The translations under genes and the position numbers were made by a program. Shown one piece after another: positions 12,585-27,200 of a stretch of DNA of 64,000 bases; positions within the stretch are counted from its first letter, which is position 1, and every line of letters starts with the position of its first letter. The stretch comes from Vicugna vicugna (Eukaryota), in the NCBI GenBank assembly GCA_013265495.1, contig MU057880.1:1084527-1148526 (forward strand), written 5' to 3'. Below the pieces are notes generated by a model. That model ran no database searches. It saw nothing but the letters and a program-made list of their open reading frames with translations, and was not told where the DNA came from.

Positions 12585-13257
12585 TACTGATTTTTCACTG
12601 TTTTAAGAATAAAACAGCAGTGAGTAATTAGACACCAGTACACTGATAATACAATGATAAACAAATGAACTTATACACATTTTCGATCATTGGTTTGTTT
12701 GGGAATTATTCATTCATTATTTCATCAAATATTTTTTTTTCTGTCCCATTTTCTGCTTCTGGGATTGCAATTACCTAAAATTAGACCTTTTGATATGTCT
12801 CTCATTCTGTTTGAAAGTTCTCTTAGAAGTCTATCTGATTGCTAAATATCTTCAAATTAAAGTACATCTGGAGATATAGGTTGATATTTATGAGTATTTC
12901 CTTTTTTGCTTTGAGTGTTAGAAAGCTGAAAAAAACCTGACAAAGTTAAAGCTCAATCAGAGAAAATATGTTTTGCTTATATGATTTCTTCCCACACTTA
13001 CATTTTCAGTTTCCATTTTGTTAACATAATTAAATATTACTATTTTGCAAGCCATCTGTTATTATTTTGTGAGAGCCACAGCATAATAACTATGTAGTAT
13101 ACAATAAATGCTTTTGAAGGAAATGAAAGAGCTTACCCCAGAAAAACTTACAGAAAATAACTTCTAAATGCCCAATGCATAAAATCTGTGAAAACTGACT
13201 CACCAAAAGAAATATAGTTAAATAGTCATCCAATGAGTATAATATGTTTTAACATTT

Positions 13258-13336
13258 TGACATTTTAAATTGAAGTACAGTCAGTTACCATGGGTCAATT
13301 TCTGATGTACAGCAAAATGTCTCAGTCATATGTGTG

Positions 13337-13394
<58 letters not shown>

Positions 13395-13733
13395 TCATTT
13401 TAATATTTTTTCATTAAAGGTTGTTACAAGATATTGATTACATTATTCCCTGTGCTATGCAGAAGAAATTTATTTTAATCTATTTTTATATATATAGTAG
13501 TTAATATTTGCAAATCTCCAATTCCCAAATTTATTCCTTCCCACCCTCTTTCCCCTGGTAACTGTAAGATTGTTTACTATGTCTGCGAGTCTGTTTCTGT
13601 TTTGTAGATGAGTTCATTAGTGTCTTCTTTTTTCTTGTTTTAGATTCCACAAATGAGTGATATCATATGGTATTTTTCTTTCTCTTTCCGGCTTGCTTCA
13701 CTTAGAATGACAATCTCCAGGTCCATCCTTGTG
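13258..13733 (-). mobile_element. L1 3' UTR with (TA)n at ~13341-13393
   Basis: ttgaagtacagtcagttac..tttagattccac..cacttagaatgac. Confidence 0.88.
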
Positions 13734-13764
13734 TGTTTTGAATTATTCCATTTACTATGTTAGA

Positions 13765-14165
13765 TAAGAGATGATCCTGACCTTGAAAGCATTTAAAACT
13801 GAGAGAAGTGCAAAACTACACATAAATAATAATTTTGTAATGAATTTGTGATGTAAGTCATGGTGACCTCTGCTTGTGTAGACAGGAAGGAAAGCCCTGT
13901 GGGGCACAGGGAGGAAATGGTGAGGAGGTGGTATTTGATGTGGGTCTTAAGGAATGTGTGAGATTCTGACAGATGGGGGAAAAAGCTAACAAGTCACATG
14001 GTGAACTGTATTGGAAGTCAGCAGAATCTGGGGCTTGGGAGCAGACTAACAGCATGAAGTGGGTGGTTAAGTTCACAGAGGAGAATGTGACCAGAGGAGG
14101 GAAAGAGGGCTCCACAGAGCTGAATCCCAGGAACACCCTTGCAGGGGCTGAGAAGTAGCAGAGAG
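13765..14165 (-). mobile_element. L2 fragment
   Basis: gaggaggtggtatttgatgtgggtcttaaggaatg, purine-rich antisense L2-like sequence. Confidence 0.5.
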
Positions 14166-14182
14166 TTTAAAAGCTCTAGATC

Positions 14183-15618
14183 AAACATATGGACCAATGG
14201 AACAGAATAGAGAGCCCAGAAATGAACCCACAAACTTTTGGTCAAATAATCTTTGACAAAGGAGGCAAGAATATATAGTGGAATAAAGACAGTCTCTTCA
14301 GCAAATGGTGTTGGGAAAACAAAACAGTAAATCAGTGAAGCTAGAACACTCCCTTACACCATACACAAAAATAAACTCAAAATGGATCAAAGACTTAAAC
14401 ATAAGACAAGATACAATAAACCTCCTAGAAGAAAATATAGGCAAAACATTGTCTCACATACATCTCAAAAATGCTCTTCTAGGGCAGTCTACCCAAGGAA
14501 TAGAAATATATGCAAGAATAAACAAATGGGACCTAATTAAACTCACAAGCTTTTGCACAGCAAAGGAAACCGTAAGTAAAACAAAATGACAACCTACGGA
14601 ATGGGAGAAAATTTTTGCAAATTAAACCAACAAAGGCTTGATCTCCAGAATATATAAGCAGCTCATACGACTTAATAAGAAAAAAACAAACAACCCAATC
14701 CAAAAATGGGCAGAAGACCTAAACAAGCAATTCTCCAAGGAAGAAATACAAATGATCAATAGGCACATGAAAAAATACTCAATATCACTAATTATCAGAA
14801 AAATGCAAATCAAAACTACCATGAAGTATCACTTCACACCAGTCAGAATGGCCATCATTCAAAAGTCCACAAATGACAAATGCTGGAGAGGGTGTGGAGG
14901 AAAGGGAACCCTCCTACACTGCTGGTGGGAATGCAGTTTGGTGCAGCCACTATGGAAAACAGTATGGAGATTCCTCAAAAGACTAGGAATAGACTTACCA
15001 CATGACCCAGGAATCCTGCTCCTGGGCATATAACCAGAAGGAACCCTACTTCAAAAAGACACCTGCACCCCAATGTTCATAGCAGCACTATTTACAATAG
15101 CCAAGACATGGAAACAGCCTAAATGTCCATCGACAGATGACTGGATAAAGAAGAAGTGGTATATTTATACAATGGAATACTATTCAGCCATAAAAAGATA
15201 ACATAACACCATTTGCAGCAACGTGGATGCTCCTGGAGAATGTCATTCTAAGTGAAGTAAGCCAGAAAGAGAAAGAAAAATACCGTATGAGATCGCTCAT
15301 ATACGGAATCTAAAAAAAAACCCAAAACATAAATACAAAACAGAAACAGATTCATATACATAGAATACAAACTGTGGTTGCCAGGGGGACAGGTGGTGGG
15401 AAGGAACTGGGATTTCAAAATGTAGAATAGATAAACAAGATTGTACTGTGTAGCACAAGGAAATATATACAGGATGTTGTGGTGGCTCACAGTGAAAGAG
15501 AATGTGACAATGAATGTACGTATTGTCATATATAGCTGAAAAAATGTGCTCTACACTGGAATTTGACACAACGTTGTAAAATGACTATAACTCAATACAA
15601 AAATTGTTAAAAGAAAAA
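14183..15618 (+). mobile_element. Young 5'-truncated L1 (ORF2 C-terminus and 3'UTR)
   Basis: ORFs 14305-14589 and 14638-15033 are L1 ORF2 ([18 protein letters not shown]); TSD taaaagc(ac)tctagatc at 14168-14182 and 15619-15635. Confidence 0.95.
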
Positions 15619-16324
15619 TAAAAGCACTCTAGATCTATGCTAAGCCAAAAACCAAAAGGCATCAGCTCTCACAAACACATTGTTTACAGTGGGTGGCAGG
15701 GTGGTGGTGGTGGTGGTGGTGGGGTGGGAACATTTGCAGTAGCAAGCAGGAAGACCAGGCAATTTCTCCTGGCAGCAACATCAGTGTTCCAGGTGGATCA
15801 ATTGTCTTCAGTACCAGGTAGTGGTCCTCCACAGCACACGTGGGCTGATGAGTTGCTGTTGGATGGTCAGTTTGGGCTGCAGCTGACTTTGTGACAGAGC
15901 AGGAGAAATAGACACAGAAATGAGAAATAAAGTGAGACATGTAGGTTGGGAGTAGAATTGGGCAGACCTCATTAATTTAAAAAAATTTGTAAATTAATCG
16001 AAAACAAAACATGTGCACGGTTGATAATCAAAGAGTAGCTAACAGTTTATGATGAAAAGTTCTGTCGCACTTCTTCCATTTTTCTACTTCTTCCTCCCCA
16101 GAGGAAGGTACTTCTCAACTGTTTCTTCCTGAAGTTTCAGCCTATACGATGTAGAATACACAAATCATTAATAGTTGATTTGTTAATTTTAGACAGGATT
16201 TATTGACTTTTCTGCTATCATAGATAAAAGTTAGCTCACTTACATAATTTACTCAGTTTCCTTTTAACCTCATGCCAATATAGTTATTATTTTACTTTTG
16301 CTCCTCATGATCAATTTAAATAAT

Positions 16325-17450
16325 GTTTTTTATTGAAGTATAGTTGATGTACCATACTGTATGTTACAGGTGTACAATGTAGTGATTCACAACTTTTAAA
16401 GGTTACACTCCATTTATGATAATTATAAAATATTGGCTCTATTCCCTGTGTTGTACAATATACCCTTGTAGCTTATTTTATACTGAACAGTTTGTACCTC
16501 TTAATCCTTACCCCCTATATTATCCCTTCCCGCTTTCCTCTCCTCATTGGTAGCCAATAATTTGTTCTCTATATCTGTGAGTCTGCTTCTTTTTTGTTAC
16601 ATTCACTACTTTGTTGTATTTTTTAGTTTCCACATATAAGCAATACCAGACAGTATTTGTCTTTCTCTGCCTGACTTACTTCACTTAGCATAATGCCCTC
16701 CAACTCTATCCATATTGCTGCACATGGCAAAATTTCGTTCTTTTCATGGCTGAGTAGTATTCCATTCATGTGGATGGACACCTAGGTTGCTTCCACATGT
16801 TGTCAATTGTAAGTAATATGGCTATGAACATTGGGATATAGATGTCTTTTCAAATTAGTGTTTTTGTTTTTTTGGGATATATACCCAGAAGTGGAATTGC
16901 TGGGTCAAATGGTAGCTCTCTTTTTAGTTTTTTGAGGACCCTCCATACTGTTTTACACAGTGGTCGTACCAGTTTACATTCCCACCAACAGTGCACGAGG
17001 GTTCCCCTTTCTCCACATCCTTGCCAACATTTGTTATTTGTGTTCTTGTTGATGCTAGCCATTCTGCCAGGTGTGAGGTGGTATCTCATTGTGGTTTTGA
17101 TTTGCATTTCCCTGGTGATTAGTGATAATTTAGCATCTGTTGGCCATCTGCATATCCTCTTTGGAAAATGTCTATTCAGGTCTTCAGGCTATTTTTTAAT
17201 CAGGTTCCTTGTTTTTTTATTTAATGTTGAGTTGTATGAGCTGTTTATAAATGTCAGGTATTAACCCATACCATTTGCAAATATTTCTCCCATTCAGTAG
17301 TCGTCTGTTTGTCGATGGTTTCCTTTGCTGTTCAAAAGCTTTTAAGCTTAATTAGGTCCCATTTGTTTATTTTTGCTTTTATTTCCTTTTCTTTATGAGA
17401 CAGATCCAAAAATATTGCTGAAATTTATCTCAAAGAGTATTCCATCTATC
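16325..17450 (-). mobile_element. L1 3' end
   Basis: ORF 16850-17107 [32 protein letters not shown] is L1 ORF2. Confidence 0.92.
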
Positions 17451-18289
17451 TTTTAAATAACTAGTTAAATAATGTATTTTTAGTTCTTGTTGCATACCAT
17501 ATGCAATAAATTTTGACTCCCTACATTATAATGTGACTTTCCTTCACTTTTTCTTTCTCTCTTTCACCAAATTTCTGGCATTTCACTTTCACTTTAAATC
17601 GTTAAGGTTAATAAAATATAAATTTTATTCAGTAATTAGAAGTAATTCTTCTTTTATTGAGTGATTGAGTCTGTAATTGGAAAATTAGCAAATCTATTTA
17701 CTTTGTTATGACTACTTTTGCTCTGGCTACCATTATGCTATGATTATATTTCTTTTTTTAGGGATCTTTCTGTTTTTTTCCTGAAGATTTTACTTATGTT
17801 TCTAATTTGTTGCATTAACTGTTTTTTATTACATTCGCAAGTTGTTAATAACGTCTCAAGAACAATATCAAGTCTGCAAATATTTTTCTGAGATAATTTC
17901 TTCCTGGAATTCTGTCTCTTCCAGCCACTAGATTTATAGTGAGTTTATAACTACTTTATTCATTTATAACAATTCTAAAGGGTTTTGATAAAGAGAAAAG
18001 ATCAGTACTTATGGTTATGCCTCCATTTCAACCTTTGTTACTCTTTGACACTTACTGAAGCAGGAAGATGCCTGCTAGGACTTAATTCTAACTTAACCTG
18101 TAAAAAAATTCAGTCTTTACGAATTATGTATAAATAAAACAGAACTCATTTTATCATTTCCCATCCCCTGTCCCGACCTGCTCTCCTTGAAAATGCAAAT
18201 ATTCTGAATAGGTTAAATCTTCATTCTCAAGAAGATCCCCTGGGCCTTGTTCACATCTTATTTTCAGAGTCTTGGGGAAATCTCATCTG

Positions 18290-19010
18290 ACCCTAGTTTC
18301 AGTAACCATCCGTTTGCCGCCAAGTTCTGAATCAGTACCTCCAGCTGAGACCTTTCTCTGGATCTCCTTTCTTTCCTGGCGGCTGTATCCTGCGTGCTTT
18401 CACAAGCATCCCAACCTCAGTGGTCCAGAGCCCCTCTGTCTCTCCTGCTCAGTCTACTCCGCCTCCCGTGGGCACCATCCTCTAGTCCCTCCAGCCAGGG
18501 ATGTGGGAGTCACTCACGACTCCTTTGGTTTCTTCACTCCCTTGTTTCTCACCAGCCATCCGTTGCTGTCAAACCTATCCCATAAATATTTCTCAAGTTC
18601 ATTCTATTTCTTAATCCCCACTGCCACCGTTTGAGCTGATGCCCTCATATGAATTACTCCAATCATCCCAGCTAATCTCTCTGACTCTCCTTTACGTCTG
18701 CCCCGGACTCCTTCCCCTCCCTTGCTTTGACTGATTTCTGTTTATCTTTTAGACAGTTTTCTTTAGGAAGACAGGCAAGAAGCCACGTATGAGGTGAGAT
18801 ACTCCTGCTAAGTATTTCCCTGTCATGTCTCCTGTCTGTAACGATACCTCACTTTGTAGTAGAATTTTCCTTTGATAGCTCATTCTATTGAAAATGGTGT
18901 CTTTCCTACTCAATATTATGTTGCTGGTGCCTGGCACACCATCTGGGAGACAGAAGAGGTGAAACACATATTTTGGGGTTTTGAATGAATAAATGAATGC
19001 AAATATTCCA
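18290..19010 (+). mobile_element. L2 fragments
   Basis: Pyrimidine-rich L2-like body; 3' end gtgcctggcacac..tgaatgaataaatgaatg. Confidence 0.55.
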
Positions 19011-20065
19011 TTGGAAGCGCTTTCTCTATTTTGATCTTTGTAGTGTCTGAATATGATATTAAGTTAATCATGTACCCAGAGTCAACTCTTGACCAACACA
19101 TTTCTCGATTGTTAAACAACTATTATCTTGAATTTCACCCACAAATGGAATTTTTTCTTTCCTTGCCTGCAAAAGCATTTCTCACTGTTGGGTTTTACTT
19201 CCTACTGATCAGGGCTGTGAGTGTGTCATTTGTTGTTCTCTGGGGGCCTCCTGGTTTCTCAGGATGCTTTTGTAATAACTGAGTCATTAGATTTTTCATT
19301 AAGAGAAGTTTTCAGTTTGAAATATGGTAAAGGGTTTTATCTACAAAGGCAAACTGTAACTGAATAGAGATTAAACCCTTGGATATACACCTGACAAATC
19401 AGAATATAGTAAACCTCTGAGTGATTATCTTAACGGAGCATATTCTAAATATCTACCATGTAAATGCTAAAACTGGAAACTGCCTCAGCCATGAATTTAA
19501 CACATGGAATGACAAATATGTGAGGGCATGATGGCCACATTGTTAAAGGAACTTAACATAGGAAGGTGATGAATGAATGATTTAGAAGTAGTAGAGATGG
19601 AAGGGCCAAGATAAACCCTTTTTTCCTATTTCACTGAGTTAAAGAGGAACTGGAAAACGTGAACCTTCAACAAAGTGAGCAGCTGGGGATGTGCTGTAAA
19701 AAACCTTCATTATCTTCCCTGTATTAGATCTCATGTTCATTAATTTGTCCTTGAACTCCTCAGGCAGGTGTCTTTGAAGCTACCAGCAGCCACAAAGCAG
19801 TCGGTGTCAAGCCAGGAGCCCAAAGACATGTGTACATACTGTTTCCTACTTTGATAACTTAAGCGTGCTTTCTGAATCAGTCCTTTGGATATTTCCCTCT
19901 TGTTTACTTTGATAAAACTGCATGTTTTTAGATGTCTTTTCCCTCATCTCCTTAGGTGCTTTGAACACACAGGGACATGCTGTAGGACCCAAGAGGACTA
20001 TACAAATGATTTCTAGGTGATAAATATCAGAGTGTAGTCATTAAGTTTCGAAGATGTGTTTTATA

Positions 20066-20405
20066 ACATGGATGAATAGATGGAGCACAAGGGACTTTTA
20101 GGGCAATAAAATTATTCTGTATGATATTGTAGTGGTGGCTACATGTCATTATGCATTTGTCAAAACCCATAGAATGTGCAACAGCAAGAGTGAATCCTAA
20201 TGTAAACTATGGACTTTGGTTGATAATAATGTGTCCATGTTGGTTCACCGATTGTACCAAATATGCCTCACTGATGAGGGATGCTGAGGGTAGGGGAGTG
20301 TATATGTGTGGGTGGGAAGGGCTATGTGTGAACTCTGTATTTTTGCTCAGTTCTGCTGTGAACCTGAAACTGCTCTTAAAAATTAAAGTCTATTGAAAAA
20401 AAAGA
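20066..20405 (+). mobile_element. L1MC-like 3' end
   Basis: catttgtcaaaacccatagaatgtgcaacagcaagagtgaatcctaatgtaaactatggactttgg..ctgctcttaaaaattaaagtctatt followed by an A-tail. Confidence 0.85.
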
Positions 20406-21094
20406 AAATTTACATGGTATACCTAGAGTTTAAAAAAATATGTTTTTATGGACACTATCTATAAAAGTGAACAACAGGTGACAATGAGTGAACTGCTTTA
20501 CAATAGAACACGGCAGAATATTAAGAAATAAGACACTAGGTAACAAACTTGGTTTATGTTATATGGGCATCTTGGTCTCTATAGGAAGATATTTACAAGA
20601 TGATGGGCTCACGGAAGTATGTATGGTCATGATGCTACCCAGAGGATCCTTTATTTGATGTTACAGTCTTGGGGAGGTCAACTCAGCCCTGCAGCACGTG
20701 CTTGTTAAACCTGGACCTGAGATGCTGGGTTCGTCTCACTGGAAAAGGCTTCCTAGTTCTCCTTCCAGTGCTTCCACTGCAATATTTATGCTCCTAGGGT
20801 CACACAGCTAACTGACAAAAATGATCTCTTGAAGTCACACAATTGGCTTCAATCCAGAGGGACTGTGAATAAAATATGTGTTAGCAGGCTACTTTCACGG
20901 TGGGCTCATCAGCCTGGGAGGTAGGTCATTTATGAGAAAGTTTTAGAGTTAATATCCCATCTCGCATGTTGGTACAGATAATTAACATGGTTTTCCTGCT
21001 CAAGGAAAGTCATCTAAACCTATTTCTTCTTCTGCAGAACTGAGAGAGCTACAAAAAGTTATCCTTTAACACAGCATATAAGGGAAAATATGCT

Positions 21095-21597
21095 ACATTC
21101 TGCTTCTCTGCAGAACCAATTAAGGAGGGGAGAGAAAGAGAGACAGAGAGATGTCTATGCATAAAGAGTTTTATTGTAAGGTATTGGCTCACATGATTGC
21201 AGAGGCCGAGAAGTCACATGATTTGCCATCTGCAAGGCAGCGACCCAGGAGAGCTGCTGGTGCAGTTTAAAGGCCTGAGAACCAGAGGGCCAGTGGTGTA
21301 GACTCCAGTCTGAGTTAGAAAGCTTGAGAATCAGGCGTGCCCAGGACAGGCCTCAGTCAATGTTCCAACTCAGTTCATCAGGCTGAGAGCAAATTCAACT
21401 TTCCTCTGCCTTTCTGTTCTCTTCAGGGTTGGGGATGCCTTCCCACATTGGTGAGGGCCATCCCTTTCACTCATTTCACCAATTTGAATGCTAATCTCTT
21501 CTGGAAACACCTTCACAGACACACGCAGAAACAATGTTTAACCAGCATCCTGGGCATCCCTTCACCCAGTCAAGTCGACACACAACATTAACCATCC
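21095..21597. mobile_element. MLT2 (ERVL) LTR
   Basis: attggctcacatgattgcagaggccgagaagtc..ggcctgagaacc..cccagtcaagtcgacacacaacattaaccatc. Confidence 0.8.
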
Positions 21598-22129
21598 CAA
21601 CTACCCAACGCACAGAGCTGCCTTCTCTTTAGAACTTGATCTCAGTTCCATGTTGCTGTTCAGCCAGACACTAAGTCACGTGGCATAGTTAGCTTTTCAT
21701 AGCTTTTCTAACCGAGCATGTGGAGCCTCTTGTCCTGGAGCAGATCTATGTCTGCTTGGCACTCTCTCTCCCTTCCTAATCAGGATAATGCCACCTGCCT
21801 TACCCTGTGCCATGAATCCGGCCTGCGGTCTCTTAGGCAAGGTCCTTTGGTCATTCCTAAGGAAACTACCAAATTGCTAGACAGACATTGCAGATGCTGC
21901 AGAAATATAGGTTGTTTGCATGGTTAATTGCCTGAACATAAATTACATTTGCTCAGTTAAGAGTCTGGCCAGCAGACTGGGAGGTTGCCCGAGGAGCAGT
22001 TCAGTGAGCCCCTCCCAGGCAACCCACAAATGCCCTGGGCGGTCAGGTCCTCAGAGAACCAGAAGAGACCTTGTAAGAAACAAATGGAAGGCGTCTAAAT
22101 ATCAGGGTATTCATATTTCTTCTTTCAGC

Positions 22130-22335
22130 TAACATTTGTTCAGTAGGTACCCTGTGCCAGACACCAGAACAAAGGGTTTTCCATATAACAATAATTACAG
22201 GGACAGTATTATTTTTCAGAGAAGAAAATTGGACTTAGAGAATTAAGCAACTTGCTCAAAGTCACAGAGCTTAAGTGGCACTCAGCGGTTGGGATTTGAA
22301 ACTAAGTCTGGTCTAGATTTACAGTGCGTGCTGTT
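22130..22335 (-). mobile_element. MIR SINE
   Basis: ttttcagagaagaaaattggacttagagaattaagcaacttgctcaaagtcacagagc..gggatttgaaac. Confidence 0.75.
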
Positions 22336-25300
22336 GACAAGGGAGATGTTCTTTGTTACCACCACGTCTGAGAGATGCTGGCGACGCTGTCAGAGAGCAA
22401 GTTATCTCAGCAGATCGCCCTGAGGGTGGTCAGTAGCTGCCTTTAAAAACTCAGTCTCCTTCCCCAGCTTGCTCTGTGGCATTTATTTAACTCTGTCTCA
22501 TCTTCTTAGGCATGTTTCCTGTAAATGTTTCCAGTTTTAGGTCAACTGTCCTTGCTCTGTGTTTCCTTCAAAGGTTGTAACACTAGCTTGCTCTGAGGGA
22601 GTGATTTTTGCCTTAACATTCCCTGCTACATAAGAATAAAGGGACATCTGAGATTTCCTTACGTAATTACTGCATAACCTGCCCTGGCCCTCGCCCCCCA
22701 AAAGGAGGTAAACCAACGTGATCCTGGTTATCATTCCCAGGGGGGTTTGAGGGTTGATATGTTCATGTGTGTGTGCGTGCACACACTTTGGGAGAGCAAA
22801 GATAAAACATGATAAATCTTTGTTAACCTTAAGATCTCTTCATTTTCTGTAGTAATTGCACAAGAATGACATGTGAAAGTAATTACGGAAGGTCACCCTG
22901 AGGAGTGCCCCAGTTAAAATGCTTCAGGTTGATTTTATTCATTAGAAGACTGAGTATGGGGGGGAAGTTGGGTTTTTGTAAAAGTTATTTCCAAACGGAG
23001 TCAAATAAATCTATTTAAAATCACTAGGTCAGGCATCCTTCTATTTCAGTGAAGTGATTCTCTGAAAAATACACATCTCACTTTGTTGACAAAGACCGCT
23101 AATGTCTTTTATTTGGCCTTTTCTACCCACTCCACTCAGTGAATTGGTTTTTACCCAAGTGTTTCATACACGTTGTCTTATTTGACCATCTGTTGTCTTT
23201 GCAACACTGATTTGCTCTGAGTTTTATTTATTTGTAATTTTCAAAGTAGTTTCTCAGTGAGTTGTCCATTTAATTATTTTTAGAGGTATTCATGTTAATA
23301 TGAGAATACAGGCAATTTATTGTCTTTTAAAGGATCACCATGGCCATACTTGGTAAATATGCCTGATTCTCGGCTGTGTATGTGTTTCATGTATGGCTGT
23401 CAGTCCGGGATGATGGACTGCAGTGAAGATGGGTCAGGACAAAACGACACAGTACCCAGAGAGCCTGTGGATGAGACACAGAGAGAAAGACATGAGGCTA
23501 CAAGCTGGAGAAAGTGAAGTCAGTTACACTGAATATGAGAAAAGAGAGTACCATAAATTCAGAAGATGAAACTGACATCAGGGTCAAGGGATGGTGACAA
23601 AGTCAAAGGAGTCAAAGAAGTCATGGGAAATTCTGTTGGAAGAGTTGGAGGGGAAATATGGAGGTGGTGGTATATTAGGACAAGAGTCCAGGAAATAAGA
23701 TTTAACTGAACAGGAATACAGAAACTAGGAAGTCTCAGAGTCTAATAACATTTGGTGGGTCCATACACGTGTCTTATATGAGTATAACTCCTCATCTCTG
23801 GAAGCTGGGTGGCACTTCCCAGTCTAGAGAAAGGCATGACATTGAAGTTTGGGGTAAATTTCAGAAGGGGAAGGCTAGATAATCCAGGGTATTGCCTTCT
23901 TGACTGGCATATTTTGAGGAATAATGATACAATATTGGTAATTTGTAGGGCTCACTTGAGAATTACGGCATAAAATCAATATCGCATACCAGTCTTTTTC
24001 GTGCCAGATACCAGCTAACTGTCTATGATCAGGAGTTTCAGCTATCGATATTTGCCCATCTTTTCAATGGTTATATTGGGTTTTGTTTTTCGATAATCTT
24101 AAAATTTATCTCTGCAGTAAATAAAAAGGAAACCATGAAATTACTGTAGAAATTCCAGTTAGAGGCTAGTATTCTCATGAAAATAAGCAGTCCATTTTCC
24201 GTATACAACCCATTCCTAGTCAACACATATCACCCCTGTGTCAGAACACTCCAGTTCTGATGGCAAGATAGGAGTTACCCACCACTTGATAAGGTCAGCA
24301 ATATGATTCATGGATGCAAAACAGGCAATTTTTGGAAAGACCAGGTGCTGGTTTATGCAACTGGTCTGTTGACAGACCCAGCAGATGGCTCAGAAAGGCA
24401 GGCTTAGGAACACTCCATGTGGATCTTTCCATAAACATGAATCGTTCTTGAAAAATTCATTCAGTTTTATTGGATGTGGAACTCTTCTTCCCATCAGGGA
24501 TGAACGTTTCCATTCACCAATGTCAAAATACTAAATTTCAAGAGCAGAGCTTTAGAAGAGGTACAAGTGTTTACTTTTTAAAAAGAGATAGCTTAAACTC
24601 TATCAGGGGTCTTAAATGATAATTTGTATAAACCAGGATGTTTTCATGGAAAAAGAGGTCATAGTGAAAACCACTGGGATTCTGTGATACTGAGATAATG
24701 CCAGCATTATAATACTAAATTAGTAAACTTGCACTTTATTTCTCCCTCTCCCAGTGATTGAATTTACTGGATAACCTTAAATGAATTGTTTAATATCTTT
24801 GTTCCTCCATTCTTCCTTTTGAAAATGTAAATTAAGTTGACACACAGTATAAATAAGTTTATGTCTAATCCCTGGATGGTTAGGTGTTTTGTATAAACTA
24901 ATGGCACTGTCTCTCTTCCAATGAATCCATAAGCCAAGATTTTATAAGAATCAGACATGAAAATGGTAAACCCTGTTTACTCCTTTTCTGAAAGTGATAC
25001 ATGACAGATTAATGCAGCTCACTAACCATTACCTTTTTCCCCCCAATACAAAAATTTTCTTGAATTACTACAAGAATTACTACAGAATTACTACTTCTCT
25101 TTTCAAATTATTTTCATGAATCATTCGAATTTGCTCATTGTGTTTTTATTCTGAATAAATCATGTGTTTTTAAATAGGTCCTCCCCCTCAATACTTTATA
25201 AGCACATTTTGTCTTTTAGATTGAGTCTGTGGTCCTTTAGAGTAATGATTTGGCTCTGAGACCCCACTCTGAAATTTAAACCAAGAGTATAATAGTTCTC

Positions 25301-25849
25301 AAAAGCCATCTTGAATAAAATTAATGGTAAAGTATTTTATGGAATTTTCCTCAATTTACCATTAAAATACTAATTCAGGTTCTCCTGCTAATTTAAGGAC
25401 AAGGAGATATCAATAGAAAAATGAGCACACTTATTACTAAGAATGACATCTAAGTAAAACCATTGATTGATTGGGTTATTTTATTATTCTGTAATGAGAT
25501 TCTTGATTCTAATTACATATAACTTAAAAATTATTTAATTAATTTGTTTTATGTGAAGTTGGACATCAAATTTTGCTGCTTAGTGGGAGTTTAAAATTTG
25601 AGACATAGATCTTTCCTCTGGATAGTCTGATCTAATTATTCTGGATGTGGCTTTGGTCTTGGGAGTTTTAAGAGCTCACAAGGTGACTCTAATGTGCAGC
25701 CCTTGGTCTAGAGACAGGACATGACTGGGAATCCAAAGGCATCACCTTCTGACACCACAGCCTACAAATTTCAGGACAAGTCAAGAGCAACTTAACTCAG
25801 ATGGGGCTTGAGAGTGGTGCTAATACCAAAGTGTTGGTCACTCTCTCAC

Positions 25850-26180
25850 GTGTGAGGATGACCAAAAGGGGGAACTGTTTAATTAATTAACCAAGGAGAC
25901 CAGAGACCGATGATGCTCTAATGCCATGGTGGCTGACACAAACAATCCCAAATCTGAGCTTATGGCTCCTCAAGTTTACAAAACTGAAACCTGAAGTCAG
26001 TCAATCACAAAGAGCCACCTGCACTGTAAGCTCTAGCCCATTGGTAATTTGCATTCTGTGTTTTAACCTTTTCTCTGTAAAAGTTCTCCCCTTATCCCTC
26101 TTGGTGGGTCTTTCCTAACCAGTTTGGTCCTGCTCACTTAGAATTGTTTTTCCTCAAATAAACTCTTAAAATAAAATGTA
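25850..26180 (+). mobile_element. Solo ERV-like LTR
   Basis: CAATCA box, TATA-like ctgtaaaag, AATAAA near 26157; TG start. Confidence 0.5.
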
Positions 26181-27029
26181 AAAAAAGACATCAGCTCTAA
26201 TGATAACCTTCATTAAGTAGGATATGTTGCCTGAGGATAAAGTACAGGACAGTGGGTAGACGTTACACTTAACAGCACCACCTCCAGCTAAGATGAATCT
26301 TCAGTATGGTAGATTGTGTTTTATTCTTCTCATCTAGAAGACTCGGCCTTGTAAAGTATGGCCTTAGGTCAGCCGTGATGAAATCATTCTGGGCTTTGGG
26401 AGGTCTTACCTAATTCTCTACTGTATACCTTTTCTGTGATATTTTAATGGTGGGTAGAAACCCATCCCTGAATAACAGGAATAAACCTTTGACTTTTTCT
26501 AATCACCTCTTCCAGCAACAGTATCACAGCTGAGCAGGAGAATAAAATCATTTCCTAAGACTTCCATGGGATTTCTCTTTAGAAATCTTTGAGGACAATT
26601 TTTCTTTAAATATAATGAAAAACTTTGCTTTTTTCCTCATAAATATTGAATATACAAGGGATGGAGAGATTTTTGTTCTGGAGAGATTTTTGAAAAATTT
26701 CTGGAGAAAGCTGAGTGACTTTCTTATGGGTATAATTATTCAGAAAATATGCCAGATTCCTTCCTAGCCAATGACAAGTTAAACTAAGAGCTGCTACTCT
26801 AGGAAATGAAAATAGGAAAGGTGGCATAAATCAGTGTTTCCGCAATTACAAATGTCATTTAGGTGTTCTGCCCTGTGTTCACCTGGGTGACCGACTGTCC
26901 TCTCAGCTCCCAGCCTCCTGAGTGTAGCTGAGATGATCACTGCTGGTTCCCAGTTTGAAGATACTTGAGTTTAGAGTGAAACTCAACTGACGTTAGCTCT
27001 GAAGGCAATGATGACACTTTTCTTTTTTT

Positions 27030-27200
27030 TTTTTTTAAAGGTTTAGTTTTTTTTTAAAACACCTTTATTGTGGCATAATTCCCATGCAGTAAACTACACA
27101 TATTTCAGATGTACAATTTGATGAATTTTGATAGATATATATACACTCATGAAACCACCACCTTAATCAAGATAGCTAACATTTCCATCACTCCCCAAGA
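27030..27200 (-). mobile_element. L1 3' end (L1MB/MC-like)
   Basis: ctttattgtggcataatt..gtacaatttgatgaattttga..aacatttccatcactcccca. Confidence 0.75.

Noticed and set aside
14305..15033. ORFs with a reverse-transcriptase-associated Cys-rich motif
   Set aside because: Fragments of 5'-truncated L1 ORF2, not a host gene or a novel retroelement system
19620..20020. Several short AG...GT exon-like pieces on +
   Set aside because: No consistent phase or recognisable protein; expected by chance
25062..25094. Three tandem copies of gaattactac(a)
   Set aside because: Simple slippage repeat without spacers; not CRISPR-like, and the DNA is eukaryotic
25321..25365. Inverted repeat ttaatggtaaa / tttaccattaa with a 23-nt loop
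   Set aside because: Short, AT-rich and long-looped; compatible with chance and too short for a pre-miRNA stem
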